Below are positions 23,009 through 33,314 of a stretch of 64,000 nt of DNA, piece after piece (within the stretch, counting starts at the first letter, position 1; the number at the start of each line of letters is the position of its first letter). A program made the position numbers and the translations under genes. The stretch covers positions 2,368-66,367 of the forward strand of contig DASTOB010000127.1 in the NCBI GenBank assembly GCA_035720425.1, read 5' to 3'. The notes under the pieces are model-generated. The model did no database searches. It saw only the letters and a list, made by a program, of their open reading frames with translations, and was not told the origin of the DNA. This stretch comes from Candidatus Limnocylindrales bacterium. GTDB taxonomy: Bacteria > Chloroflexota > Limnocylindria > Limnocylindrales > CSP1-4.

Positions 23009-24841
23009 ATGCTGGGACGGACCGATTCGCGCCGCCGCCTTCTGTTCCTGCTCGTGATCCTCGCGATCGCCGCCACGGCGATCGTCGGCCGGCTCGCGTA
23101 CTGGCAGGTGGTCATGGCGGACGACCTCGCCGCCCGCGCCCGGGCCCAGACCACGGTCCGAACCGAGATCCCGAGCCGGCGCGGCGAGGTCTATGACCGG
23201 AGCGGTGTCGTCGTCCTGGCCACGACCGTCGATCGCGACCGGCTCGTGGCGGCGCCGGATCAACTCTCCCAGCGCAAGCGCGCGGCGGTCGCCTCGGAAC
23301 TCGTCGCGCTCCTTCGGCTGGACGGCCCGGCGGCCGCGTCGCTGACCGAGAAGATGACCTCGGAGCGGCAGTACGTGATCCTCGCCCGGGACCTCGAACC
23401 GGAAGTGTCGGAGCGCATCCGCCTGGCCCTCGCCGAGGGGCGGGTCGAGCAGGTCACGCTCGAACCGGAGCCCGCCCGCGTCTATCCGCAGGCCGGCGGC
23501 GGCCCGGATTCGAGCCTGGCGGCCCATCTCCTCGGCTTCGTCAACCGGGAGGGGGAGGGCCAGTACGGCGTCGAGCAGCGCTACCAGGAGCTGCTCGCCG
23601 GGCAGCCCAAGGTGGTCGTCGCGCGACGCGACATCAACGCCCGAGCGATCCCGGAATCCGCGGTCACGACCGAGTACGGCGTGCCCGGCGTCGACCTGCG
23701 CCTGACGATCGACGCGGGCCTCCAGCTGGCGGTCGAGCAGGAGCTCCTCGCCGCCTGGGTGGCCGACCACGCGGTAAGCGTATCGGCCGTGGTCATGGAT
23801 CCGTACACCGGGGAGATCTACGCCCACGCCACGTACCCGTCGTACGACGCGAACCAGTATCGAACGATTGCCTCGACCGATCCCGCCCGGTTCATCGACC
23901 CCCTCGTGAGCGAGGTCTACGAGCCGGGCTCGGTGTTCAAGATGCTGACCGCCGTCGCGGCGCTCGAGGCCGGCGTGACGCCGGACACGACGTACGTCGA
24001 CGTCGGCACGCTGAAGCTAGACGGCGGCAAGACGAAGATCGACAACGCCGATCGAAAGGGTCGCGGGACGATGACGTTCGAGGACGCCATCGCCTGGTCG
24101 CGCAACGTCGTGGCGGCCAAGATCGCCCTGGGCCTCGGTCCGACGACGCGCGACGCGGCCGACGTGCTGTACGAGGCGTGGACGCGCCTCGGCTTCGGGG
24201 CGCCGACCGGGATCGACCTCGCCGGCGAGGTCGGCGGGCTGGTCCGCGACCCGGCGATCAAGACGTGGCGGGAGATCGACCTCGCCAATGCCTCGTTCGG
24301 GCAGGGCGTGGCCGTGACGCCGATCCAGCTCGCCACCGCGTACTCGGCGATGGTCAACGGCGGCCGCCTCGTCCAGCCCCACGTCGTCAAGGCGATCGGC
24401 GACGAGGAGGTCTCCACCGCCGCCCGCGCCGAGGTGATGGACTCGCGCCTGACGCCGACCCTCGTCGATCTCATGAACCACGTCGTGAGCGCGGTTCCGT
24501 TCTACCGCGACCGAACCCTCATCCCCGGCTACTACGTGGGCGGCAAGACCGGCACCGCCCAGATCTGGGACCCCTCGCTCCGCGACGGGCGCGGCGACTG
24601 GAAGCGCGACCTCTTCAATTACTCGTTCGTCGGCTTCGTGGGCCGCCACGAGGGCGTCCCGGAACTCGTCGTGTCGGTCCGGATCAACGAGGCGACCCCC
24701 ACGGTCATCAAGGTCGGTCAGCTCGAGATGCCGGTGATGTCGTTCGAGCTGTTCCGCCGGATCGCCACCGACGCGATCACCACCCCGGCGCTGCTGCCGG
24801 ATCGTCCGCGGTCGCTCGATCCCGTCCCCGCCGACCGGTGA
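23009..24841 (+). CDS. ftsI: penicillin-binding protein 2B/3 (FtsI-type transpeptidase)
   Basis: N-terminal TM anchor, PBP dimerisation region, and SVFK, SRN and KTGT active-site motifs. Confidence 0.95.
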   Translation: MLGRTDSRRRLLFLLVILAIAATAIVGRLAYWQVVMADDLAARARAQTTVRTEIPSRRGEVYDRSGVVVLATTVDRDRLVAAPDQLSQRKRAAVASELVALLRLDGPAAASLTEKMTSERQYVILARDLEPEVSERIRLALAEGRVEQVTLEPEPARVYPQAGGGPDSSLAAHLLGFVNREGEGQYGVEQRYQELLAGQPKVVVARRDINARAIPESAVTTEYGVPGVDLRLTIDAGLQLAVEQELLAAWVADHAVSVSAVVMDPYTGEIYAHATYPSYDANQYRTIASTDPARFIDPLVSEVYEPGSVFKMLTAVAALEAGVTPDTTYVDVGTLKLDGGKTKIDNADRKGRGTMTFEDAIAWSRNVVAAKIALGLGPTTRDAADVLYEAWTRLGFGAPTGIDLAGEVGGLVRDPAIKTWREIDLANASFGQGVAVTPIQLATAYSAMVNGGRLVQPHVVKAIGDEEVSTAARAEVMDSRLTPTLVDLMNHVVSAVPFYRDRTLIPGYYVGGKTGTAQIWDPSLRDGRGDWKRDLFNYSFVGFVGRHEGVPELVVSVRINEATPTVIKVGQLEMPVMSFELFRRIATDAITTPALLPDRPRSLDPVPADR

Positions 24842-26295
24842 GTGGGTCGTATGCCACACTGGCGAGCGTGACCGACGTCCGGCCGCCGTCCACCGGGGGT
24901 GGCCCTCCGGCGACCGCGCTGACCGCCGACGACCTCGCCCGTCTGACCGGCGGCCGACTCCTCCGACGCTCCGACCGCCAGATCCGCGGCGGTGCGGTCG
25001 ATTCGCGCGACGTGGCGCCGGGCCAGCTGTTCGTCGCGCTGCCCGGCGAGCACACCGACGGTCACCGCTTCCTCGGCGAGGCGGTCGCCCGCGGCGCCGC
25101 GGCACTGCTCGTCACCCGCGAACCGGACGGGCTCGACGAGCAGGCCGACGTGACCGTCGTCCGCGTGCCGGACGGTCTCGCGGCGCTCTGGGCGGTGGGC
25201 GCCGGCTGGCGGGCGCGGTTCACGCCGCTCGTCGTCGGGGTCACCGGGAGCATCGCCAAGACGTCGACGAAGGAAGCGGTTGCGGCGGTCCTCGCCCGGC
25301 GGTTCCGGACGTTGCGCAGCGAGGGCAACCGGAACAACGAGATCGGGCTCCCGCTCACCCTCCTCGAACTCGACGCCGCCCACGAGGCCGCGGTCCTCGA
25401 GATGGGCATGTACACGGGCGGCGAGATCGCCGACCTGGCCCGCATCGCGCGGCCGCAGATCGGTGTCGTAACGGCGGTGCAGCCGGTCCACCTGTCCCGG
25501 ATCGGATCGATCGAGGCGATCGAGCGGGCCAAGGCGGAGCTCGTCGAGGCCCTCCCGGCGGACGGGACGGCGGTGCTCAACGCCGACGACCCGCGGGTCC
25601 GGGCGATGGCCGGGCGGACCGACGCGCGCGTCGTGACTTACGGGTTCACGCCGGACGCGGACGTGACGGCCGACGACGTGGCGTCCGCCGGCCTCGCCGG
25701 GATGCGCTTCACCCTCCGGACGGCGCGCGGGAGCACGCCGGTGGCGATCCCGACCCTCGGGCGCCTGGCCGTCCACAACGCGCTCGCGGCGGCGGCGGTC
25801 GGCCTCGCTGCCGGAATGTCGGTCCACGACATCGCGGCCGGGCTCGCCGACGGCTGGGCCGCGCCCCATCGGTCCGAAGTCATCCGTCTGTCCGGCGTGA
25901 CGATCGTCGACGACAGCTACAACGCATCGCCGGCGTCGGTCGCCGCGGCGCTCGAGCTCCTGTCCGGGCTGGCCGGCCGGCGGGTCGCCGTGCTCGGCGA
26001 GATGCTCGAGCTCGGCGAGGGACACGAGGCCGGGCATCGGGCGGTCGGTGCCGAGGCCGCCTCGGTGGCCGACCTGCTCGTCGTCGTCGGGCGGCCGGCG
26101 GCCGGGATCGCCGCGGCGGCCCGTGAGCACGGCCTCGACCCGGGGCGGGTCATCGAGGTGGCGGACCGCGACGCGGCCCGCGACGCGCTCGTGCCTCGCC
26201 TGCGCGACGGTGACGTCGTGCTCGTCAAGGCCTCGCGCGGCTCCGCGCTCGACCTCCTCGTCGACGCCCTTCGGACGGACCTCGCCGACCGATGA
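24838..26295 (+). CDS. murF: UDP-N-acetylmuramoyl-tripeptide--D-alanyl-D-alanine ligase
   Basis: GVTGSIAKTSTKE P-loop. GNRNNEIGLPLTLL is MurF-specific. GTG overlaps the ftsI stop codon (GTGA). Confidence 0.9.
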   Translation: MSGSYATLASVTDVRPPSTGGGPPATALTADDLARLTGGRLLRRSDRQIRGGAVDSRDVAPGQLFVALPGEHTDGHRFLGEAVARGAAALLVTREPDGLDEQADVTVVRVPDGLAALWAVGAGWRARFTPLVVGVTGSIAKTSTKEAVAAVLARRFRTLRSEGNRNNEIGLPLTLLELDAAHEAAVLEMGMYTGGEIADLARIARPQIGVVTAVQPVHLSRIGSIEAIERAKAELVEALPADGTAVLNADDPRVRAMAGRTDARVVTYGFTPDADVTADDVASAGLAGMRFTLRTARGSTPVAIPTLGRLAVHNALAAAAVGLAAGMSVHDIAAGLADGWAAPHRSEVIRLSGVTIVDDSYNASPASVAAALELLSGLAGRRVAVLGEMLELGEGHEAGHRAVGAEAASVADLLVVVGRPAAGIAAAAREHGLDPGRVIEVADRDAARDALVPRLRDGDVVLVKASRGSALDLLVDALRTDLADR

Positions 26296-27272
26296 CGCTC
26301 CAGATCATCCAGGGCCTGCTCCTCGCGTTCGCGATCATCGTCATCCTCATGCCGCCGTACATCCGGCTCCTCCGGGTGGCCGGGTTCGGCAAGCAGATTC
26401 GCGAGGAGGGACCGCACAGCCACTTCGTCAAGGAGGGCACGCCGACGATGGGCGGGCTCCTCGTCATCGGCGTCGTCGTCGTCCTGTTCGTGCTCCTGCG
26501 CGGCTTCCCGGAGCGCGGCGTGTTCGCGCCCCTCGCGACGCTCCTCCTCGTCGGCGTCCTCGGGGCGTTCGACGACTACCTCAACGCCCGGACCGGGGAG
26601 GGCATCCGGGCGCGGCACAAGATGCTCTGGCTCATCGTCGTCGCCGGCGTCGCCGCGTTCCAGATCCAGCAGACCTACGGCCTCGTCGGCTTCCGCGTCC
26701 CGTTCGTCGGCGACGTGACGATCGAACCGTGGCTGTACGTGCTGTTCGCGGCGCTCGCGATCGTGGCGGCGAGCAACGGCGTGAACATCACCGACGGCCT
26801 CGACGGCCTCGCCGGCGGGACGCTCGTGTTCGCCTTCGTCGCGTTCCTCCTCATCGCCCTGCTCAACGTCCCGGTCCAGCCGAACCTCGCCTTCCTGTGC
26901 GCGCTCATCATCGGTGCGCTGCTCGGGTTCCTCTGGTTCAACGTCCATCCGGCCCAGATCTTCATGGGCGACTCGGGTTCGCTCGCCCTCGGCGCGACGC
27001 TGGCCGTCATCGCCCTCATCACCGGCCAGATCCTTGTCCTCCCGCTCATCGGCCTCATCTTCGTGGTCGAGACCGGCTCGGTCATCCTCCAGGTCGCCTG
27101 GTACAAGCTGACCGGCGGCCGGCGCCTCCTGCGGATGTCGCCGATTCACCACCACTTCGAGCTCGGCGGCTGGGACGAGGAGAAGATCACCCTGCGCTTC
27201 TGGATCGTGGCGATCCTCGCCGGGCTCCTCGGCGTGACCCTGTTCCTCGCCTCGATCGATCGCCTGGCATGA
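26292..27272 (+). CDS. mraY: phospho-N-acetylmuramoyl-pentapeptide transferase
   Basis: Full-length polytopic MraY similarity (EGTPTMGG, DDYLN, NITDGLDGLA, HHHFE). ATGA overlap with murF. Confidence 0.95.
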   Translation: MTLQIIQGLLLAFAIIVILMPPYIRLLRVAGFGKQIREEGPHSHFVKEGTPTMGGLLVIGVVVVLFVLLRGFPERGVFAPLATLLLVGVLGAFDDYLNARTGEGIRARHKMLWLIVVAGVAAFQIQQTYGLVGFRVPFVGDVTIEPWLYVLFAALAIVAASNGVNITDGLDGLAGGTLVFAFVAFLLIALLNVPVQPNLAFLCALIIGALLGFLWFNVHPAQIFMGDSGSLALGATLAVIALITGQILVLPLIGLIFVVETGSVILQVAWYKLTGGRRLLRMSPIHHHFELGGWDEEKITLRFWIVAILAGLLGVTLFLASIDRLA

Positions 27273-28837
27273 CCGCGATGACGAGCACACGCCCGATCGA
27301 CCCGGCCACCCTGACCCTCGGCGGCATCCGCTCCGGCGCGCTGCGCGACGCACCGGTGACCGTCCTCGGGCTGGCGCGCAGCGGCGTCGCGCTGGCCCGC
27401 TTCCTCGTCGATGCCGGCGCGCGCGTGACGGTCTACGACGGCCGGCCGGCCGGCGAGCTGGCCGGGGCGCTCGAGCGGCTCGAGGGACGGCCGATCCGGC
27501 TGCTGGCGGGGCCGGACGTGGAGCCGACGACGGCCTGGGCCGATGCCGCCCTCGTGACGACGTCTCCGTCGATCAACCCCGACTACCCGACGACCGAGCC
27601 GCGCCTCCGCGCCGCGCTCGCGTCGCTCGTGGCCGCCCGCGACGCCGGCGACCGAACCGTGCCGGCGCTCGTGTCCGAGCCGGACCTCGTGCTCCGCGTC
27701 TGCCCGGCGCCGACGATCGGGGTGACCGGCACGAAGGGCAAGACGACGACCGCGTCCCTGGCCGCCGCCATCCTGGCCGCCGACCCGTCGCATCCGGTCG
27801 CGCTCGGCGGCAACATCGGGATCCCGCTCGTCGAGCGTCTGCCGGACCTCACGCCCGGACACCGCGTCGTGATCGAGCTGTCGGAGCTCCAGCTGCCGAC
27901 GCTGTCGCGCGGCACGACCGTCGCCGTCTACACGAACGTCACCTCCGATCATCTCGATCGCCACGGATCGCTCGAGGCGTACCGCCGGGTCAAGCGCCGC
28001 CTCGCCGAGCTCGTTGACCCGGACGGCGCCCTCGTGCTCAACGCGGAGGACCCGGTCGTCGCCGCCTATGCCGGCCTCGGGTCGGCGCCGGCGGTGCTCT
28101 ACCGCCTCGAGCGACCGGTGCCCGGCGGCCTCGGCGTCGTCGACGGCTGGATCGTGGCCGCCGGCGTGGAGCGGTTGCCGATCGCCGGTGGCGGCGCGGC
28201 GGCGACCGGTCCCGGCGGCCGGATCATGCCGGCCGACGAGCTTGGAATCCCGGGGCGCCACAACGTTCGCAACGCGCTCGCGGCCATCGCGACGGGGCTC
28301 CTGTTCGGCGTCGCGCCCGATGCCATCCGGCGTGCCGCGGCGGCGTTCGAGGGCGTCGAGCACCGGCTCGAGACGGTCGCGCTCGTCGACGGCGTCCGGT
28401 TCGTCAACGATTCCCAGGGCACCCAGCCCGACGCCGTCGTCGCCGCGCTGCGCGCGTTCGATCCGCCCGTCGTCCTCATCGCCGGCGGTCGCGACAAGGG
28501 GGTCGACCTGGCCGCGCTCGGACCGGTCGTCGCGGAGCGCGCGGCTGCGGCCGTCGTGATCGGCGAGTCCGGCCCGGCGCTCGCCGAGCTCTTCCGGGCG
28601 TCCGGGCTGGAGCGGATCGAGCACGCCGACGGGCTCGACGCCGCGGTGGCCACGGCCGACGCCCTCGCTCGGGACGCCCTCGCGGCGTCCGGCACGTCGG
28701 GCGGACCGGCGACCGTCCTGCTCAGCCCGGCCGCCGCGAGCTTCGACCAGTTCACCGACTACGAGGCGCGCGGCCGGGCGTTCAAGGCGGCCGTCGCCGC
28801 GCTCGCCGCCGGCCGGCGGGGGAGGGGGGAGCGATGA
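27269..28837 (+). CDS. murD: UDP-N-acetylmuramoylalanine--D-glutamate ligase
   Basis: GLARSG Rossmann start, GVTGTKGKTTT P-loop, and NVRNALAA. ATGA overlap with mraY. Confidence 0.9.
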   Translation: MTAMTSTRPIDPATLTLGGIRSGALRDAPVTVLGLARSGVALARFLVDAGARVTVYDGRPAGELAGALERLEGRPIRLLAGPDVEPTTAWADAALVTTSPSINPDYPTTEPRLRAALASLVAARDAGDRTVPALVSEPDLVLRVCPAPTIGVTGTKGKTTTASLAAAILAADPSHPVALGGNIGIPLVERLPDLTPGHRVVIELSELQLPTLSRGTTVAVYTNVTSDHLDRHGSLEAYRRVKRRLAELVDPDGALVLNAEDPVVAAYAGLGSAPAVLYRLERPVPGGLGVVDGWIVAAGVERLPIAGGGAAATGPGGRIMPADELGIPGRHNVRNALAAIATGLLFGVAPDAIRRAAAAFEGVEHRLETVALVDGVRFVNDSQGTQPDAVVAALRAFDPPVVLIAGGRDKGVDLAALGPVVAERAAAAVVIGESGPALAELFRASGLERIEHADGLDAAVATADALARDALAASGTSGGPATVLLSPAAASFDQFTDYEARGRAFKAAVAALAAGRRGRGER

Positions 28838-30129
28838 ACGTTGCACGCCGGCCGTTCGGGGCCGCACGTCAGGTCATGGTCGTCGGCCGGGTGGCGCCGA
28901 AGGAGCGGAAGGCGACGCTCGAGCGCGAGCGGCATGAGCCGGACTACTCGATCCTCGTGGCCGTCGTCGCCCTCGCCGCGGTCGGCATCCTGATGGTCTA
29001 CTCGTCGTCCGCGATGCGCGCCTACATCGGGCGCGACGACAGCCTCGCCATCGTCGGGCCGCAGATCCAGTGGGCCGGCCTCGGGATCATCGCGATGCTC
29101 GTCATGATGCGCGTCGACTACCGGCTGCTCCGGATCGTGTCCGTGCCGGGGTACATCCTCGCGGTCGTCCTCCTCGTCCTCGTCCTCCTGCCGGCGATCG
29201 GGCCGCTCCAGCCGAAGATCGTCGGCGGCTCCGCCCGCTGGCTGCAGCTCGGTCCGCTGCCGGCGATCCACCCGGCGGAATTCGCCAAGCTGTTCCTCGT
29301 CATCTACCTCGCCCACTGGATGGCGGGGCGGGGGACGAAGATCAAGGGCCTGTTCACGGGCACCCTGCCGTTCCTGCTCATCGTCGGCCCGATCGTCGCG
29401 CTCATCTTCCGCGAGCCGGACCTCGGCACGACCGGGGTCGTCACGCTGACCGCGTTCACGATGTTCTTCGTGGCCGGCGCCAACCTCATGCACTTCGCGG
29501 CGATGGCGGTCCTTGCCGGCCTCGCGATCATCACCGTCGGCCTTCGCGAGTACCAGCTCGACCGTATCCGGGCGTTCCTCAACCCGTGGAGCGACCCGCT
29601 CGGCAAGGGGTTCCACACGATCCAGGGACTGCTCGCGCTCGGTCTCGGCGGGATCCTCGGTGCCGGGCTCGGCGAGAGCCGCCTGGCCGGCGGGTTGTTC
29701 CTGCCGAACGCGAGCAACGACTTCATCTTCGCGATCATCGGCGAGGAGTTCGGCCTGCTCGGTGGAGCGATCGTCGTGGGCCTCTTCCTCCTCCTGGCGT
29801 ACGCTGGCATCCGCACGGCGCTCGGTGCGCCGGACACGTTCGGGGCGTTGCTGGCGGCCGGGATCACCGCCTGGCTGTGTCTCCAGGCGTTCATCAACAT
29901 CGGCGTCGTCGTCGCCCTCCTGCCGATCACGGGCATCACGCTCCCGTTTATCAGCGCCGGCGGCTCGTCGCTCGTCATCAGCTTTGCCGCGGTCGGGATC
30001 CTCATGTCGATCTCCCGCGAAACGGTGGAACGAGGAACATGGAACGATGCGCCTGCTGATCGCGGGCGGGGGCACGGGCGGACACATCTACCCGGCACTC
30101 GCCGTCGCCCGGTCGCTCCGCGCGCCTGA
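28834..30129 (+). CDS. ftsW: SEDS-family peptidoglycan polymerase FtsW
   Basis: Polytopic SEDS protein (PAEFAKL..., SNDFIFAIIGEEFG, LPFISAGGSS). ATGA overlap with murD. The 3' end overlaps murG by 83 nt. Confidence 0.9.
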   Translation: MNVARRPFGAARQVMVVGRVAPKERKATLERERHEPDYSILVAVVALAAVGILMVYSSSAMRAYIGRDDSLAIVGPQIQWAGLGIIAMLVMMRVDYRLLRIVSVPGYILAVVLLVLVLLPAIGPLQPKIVGGSARWLQLGPLPAIHPAEFAKLFLVIYLAHWMAGRGTKIKGLFTGTLPFLLIVGPIVALIFREPDLGTTGVVTLTAFTMFFVAGANLMHFAAMAVLAGLAIITVGLREYQLDRIRAFLNPWSDPLGKGFHTIQGLLALGLGGILGAGLGESRLAGGLFLPNASNDFIFAIIGEEFGLLGGAIVVGLFLLLAYAGIRTALGAPDTFGALLAAGITAWLCLQAFINIGVVVALLPITGITLPFISAGGSSLVISFAAVGILMSISRETVERGTWNDAPADRGRGHGRTHLPGTRRRPVAPRA

Positions 30130-31210
30130 CGGCGGCTCGGATGAGCCGGCGATCAGCTGGCTCGGCGGGCACCGCGGACTCGAGGCGAACCTGGTCCGGG
30201 CCGCGGGGATCCCGTTCCGGCGGCTCGTCCTCCGCTCACTCCGCACGGTCGACCTGGGCCCCCACGCCGTGCTCGATCCGCTCCGCCTGCTCGCGTCCGT
30301 CCCGCAGGCGGCGGCGATCCTCGCCCGCGAGCGGCCGGACGCAATCTTCACGACGGGCGGCTACGTGGCGGTGCCGACCGTCCTCGCCGCCGTCCCGCTC
30401 CGTGTCCCGGTCGTCCTGTGGGACGGGAACGTCGTCCCGGGACGGAGCGTCCGCTGGACCGCCCGCCTGGCCGACGTGCTGGCCGTCTCGTTCGAGGCGA
30501 CGTGCGCCGCCCTGGCCGGGGCCGACCGACCGTGCTACGTGACCGGCACGCCGATTCGCGACACCCGCGAGATCGATCGCGAGGCGGCCCGCGCGCGGCT
30601 CGACATCCCCGCCGGCGCCCGGCTGCTCCTCGTGTTCGGCGGGTCGCAGGCCGTCCGGCGCTTCAACGGCGCCGTCGGGGAGGCGCTCCCGCGGCTCGTC
30701 GAACGGGTCCACGTCATCCACGTCAGCGGCGACGACGGCTATGCCGCGGCGCTCGCCGCCCGCGAGGCCCTGCCGGCAGACCTGCGCGGTCGCTACCGGC
30801 CGTATCCCTTCCTGCGCGACGAGATGGTCGCCGCCCTCGCCGCCGCGGACCTCGTCGTCGGCCGCGCCGGCTCGTCGACGCTGGCCGAGGTGACGGCGCT
30901 CGGCCTGCCGATGGTCGTCGTGCCGTATCCGCACGCGGCGGGGCACCAGCGCGCGAACGCCCGGGTGCTCGCCGATGCCGGCGCGGCGCGCCTCGTCGAG
31001 GACGAGGACTTCGATGCCGCCGCGCTGCTCGAGGCGGCGGCGATCCTCGACGATCCGGATGCGCACGTCCGGATGTCCGCCGCCGCTCGCGGGCTCGGCC
31101 GGCCGGGCGCGGCCGCCGCGGTCGCCGAGCTCGTCCGGGCCGCGGCGGAGCGCCGGGCGCTGCCGGACGCGGTCGAGCTCGACCGCCGCTCGCGCGGGGT
31201 CGCGGCGTGA
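30047..31210 (+). CDS. murG: UDP-GlcNAc:lipid I N-acetylglucosaminyltransferase
   Basis: MRLLIAGGGTGGHIYPALAVA N-terminus and a GT28 C-terminal domain (GRAGSSTLAE). Confidence 0.9.
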   Translation: MRLLIAGGGTGGHIYPALAVARSLRAPDGGSDEPAISWLGGHRGLEANLVRAAGIPFRRLVLRSLRTVDLGPHAVLDPLRLLASVPQAAAILARERPDAIFTTGGYVAVPTVLAAVPLRVPVVLWDGNVVPGRSVRWTARLADVLAVSFEATCAALAGADRPCYVTGTPIRDTREIDREAARARLDIPAGARLLLVFGGSQAVRRFNGAVGEALPRLVERVHVIHVSGDDGYAAALAAREALPADLRGRYRPYPFLRDEMVAALAAADLVVGRAGSSTLAEVTALGLPMVVVPYPHAAGHQRANARVLADAGAARLVEDEDFDAAALLEAAAILDDPDAHVRMSAAARGLGRPGAAAAVAELVRAAAERRALPDAVELDRRSRGVAA

Positions 31211-32181
31211 CCGCGGCCGCATCCCGACCGGCCACGCCGTTCGACGCCGTCGCGACCGGGACGGAGATCCAGCGCCGGATCGGGGTCAAGACGTCGCGCG
31301 ACGAACCGCTCGCGCGGTTCACGACGATGCGGGTCGGCGGTCCGGCGGACCTGTTCGCCGTCGCGCACAACGCGTTCGAGCTGCGCGCGCTCGTGCGCTA
31401 CGCGCGGTCGCGCGGGCTTCCGCACGTCGTGCTCGGTCGTGGCAGCGACGTCGTGATCAGCGACCGCGGGATCAGGGGGCTCGTGATCCAGAACCGGGCC
31501 GAGGGATCGCGCGTCGACGGTGAGCGCTACGTCGCGGAGTCCGGCGTGCCGATGGCGCGCGCCGCGACGGAGACGCAGCGGGCCGGGCTGTCCGGCCTCG
31601 AGTTCGGGCTGGCCATCCCGGGAACCGTGGGAGGCGCCGTGTGGGCCAACGCCGGCGCTCACGACGCGGACGTCGCGGCGATCATCGAGTGGGCCGATGT
31701 CCTGCTGGCCGACGGATCGGAGGCCCGACTCGCCCCCGCGGACCTCGCCCTCGCCTACCGCGACAGCCGGTTCAAGCATGCGCCGGCGGAGATCGTCGTC
31801 GCGGCCTCGTTCCGCCTCGAGCCCGCCAACGCCGACACGATCAAGACGCGCCTCGACGACATCCGTCGCTGGCGTCAGGCCCACCAGCCGCTCGGCCTCC
31901 CATCGGCGGGGAGCACGTTCCGCAACCCGCCGGGCGACTCCGCCGGCCGACTCATCGACGCGGCCGGCCTCAAGGGCACGCGGATTGGTGGTGCGGTCGT
32001 CTCCGACAAGCACGCCAACTTCCTCGTCAACGACGCGAAGGGGTCGGCCGCCGACGTGCGCCGCCTCGCCGACCTCGTCCGCGACACGGTCGCGCGAACC
32101 GCCGGCGTGGCCCTCGAGCCGGAGGTCGTCTACCTCGGCGACTGGGACGGCTGGCCGTGGCCCCCCGAGACGAGCCGGTGA
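31207..32181 (+). CDS. murB: UDP-N-acetylenolpyruvoylglucosamine reductase
   Basis: FTTMRVGGPADLF, GRGSDV and GSTFRNP motifs. GTGA overlap with murG. Confidence 0.9.
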   Translation: MTAAASRPATPFDAVATGTEIQRRIGVKTSRDEPLARFTTMRVGGPADLFAVAHNAFELRALVRYARSRGLPHVVLGRGSDVVISDRGIRGLVIQNRAEGSRVDGERYVAESGVPMARAATETQRAGLSGLEFGLAIPGTVGGAVWANAGAHDADVAAIIEWADVLLADGSEARLAPADLALAYRDSRFKHAPAEIVVAASFRLEPANADTIKTRLDDIRRWRQAHQPLGLPSAGSTFRNPPGDSAGRLIDAAGLKGTRIGGAVVSDKHANFLVNDAKGSAADVRRLADLVRDTVARTAGVALEPEVVYLGDWDGWPWPPETSR

Positions 32182-33314
32182 ACCCGCCCGTGAGCCCGCC
32201 GCCGACCCGTCCGATCGTCGTCCTGCTCGGCGGGCCGTCGGCGGAGCACGACGTGTCGATCGTGTCCGGCACGGCCATCGCCGATGCCCTCGCCGGCGCC
32301 GGATTTCCCGTCCGCCAGGTGCTCATCGACCTCGACGGCCGCTGGTGGTGGCTGCCGCTCGACCACCGGCGCGCGGATCGTCCGCAGAGCGCCTACGACG
32401 ACCCGGCGACGCTCGGCGCGGACGGTCCCGTCGCGGCCGGCGCGGCGATCGATCGCCTGGCCGGCCAGGACCCGGCGCCGGTCGTGTTCATCGCCCTGCA
32501 CGGGCCGTTCGGCGAGGACGGGACGGTCCAGGCCCTGCTCGGGGCCGCCGGGCTCGCCTACACCGGGTCCGGCGTCGCGGCGTCGGCGATCGGGATGGAC
32601 AAGGCGATCTTCAAGCGACTCGTCCGCGGCGTAGGGCTGCCCGTCGTCGACTGGCGCGAGATCCGGGCGGAGCGCTGGCGAACGCGACCGGCCGAGGTGC
32701 TCGGCGAGCTCGAGGCGTTCACCTCCGGCACGGGCGAGGCGCGCCTGATGGTGAAGCCGTCGCGGCTCGGCAGCTCGGTCGGGATGACCCTCGCGCACAC
32801 GCCGGACGAGCGGGCGGCGGCGCTCGACCACGCGTTCCGCTACGACACGGTCGCGCTCGCGGAGCGCTACCTCGGCGGTGCCCGGGATCTCGAGGTGAGC
32901 GTGATCGGCAACGAGCCGGACCGGCTCGCCCTGTTCGGCCCGGGCGAGATCGTCGCCGGCAACGAGTTCTACGACTACGCCGCCAAGTACACGCCCGGGC
33001 TGTCGCGCACGTCGATCGCGGCGGACGTGCCGGAGGCCGTCCGCGTGGCCGCGCGAAAGATCGCGCGCGACTGCTACCGGGCGATCGGAGCGGAGGGCTT
33101 CGCGCGGGTCGACTTCCTGCTCCACGGCGATGACCTGTACCTCTCGGAGGTCAACACGATCCCGGGCTTCACGCCGATCAGCCTGTTCCCGACCATGCCG
33201 GCCGAGGGCGGCCACGACTTCACCGCGGTGTGCCGGATGGTCGTCAACCTTGCCGTCGAGCGCCACGCGATGCGGGCCGGCGGCGGGCTCACCCCGGCCG
33301 ACCTGCCGCGGTGA
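32178..33314 (+). CDS. ddl: D-alanine--D-alanine ligase
   Basis: LLGGPSAEHDVS, an ATP-grasp region, and EVNTIPGFT. GTGA overlap with murB. Confidence 0.9.
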   Translation: MNPPVSPPPTRPIVVLLGGPSAEHDVSIVSGTAIADALAGAGFPVRQVLIDLDGRWWWLPLDHRRADRPQSAYDDPATLGADGPVAAGAAIDRLAGQDPAPVVFIALHGPFGEDGTVQALLGAAGLAYTGSGVAASAIGMDKAIFKRLVRGVGLPVVDWREIRAERWRTRPAEVLGELEAFTSGTGEARLMVKPSRLGSSVGMTLAHTPDERAAALDHAFRYDTVALAERYLGGARDLEVSVIGNEPDRLALFGPGEIVAGNEFYDYAAKYTPGLSRTSIAADVPEAVRVAARKIARDCYRAIGAEGFARVDFLLHGDDLYLSEVNTIPGFTPISLFPTMPAEGGHDFTAVCRMVVNLAVERHAMRAGGGLTPADLPR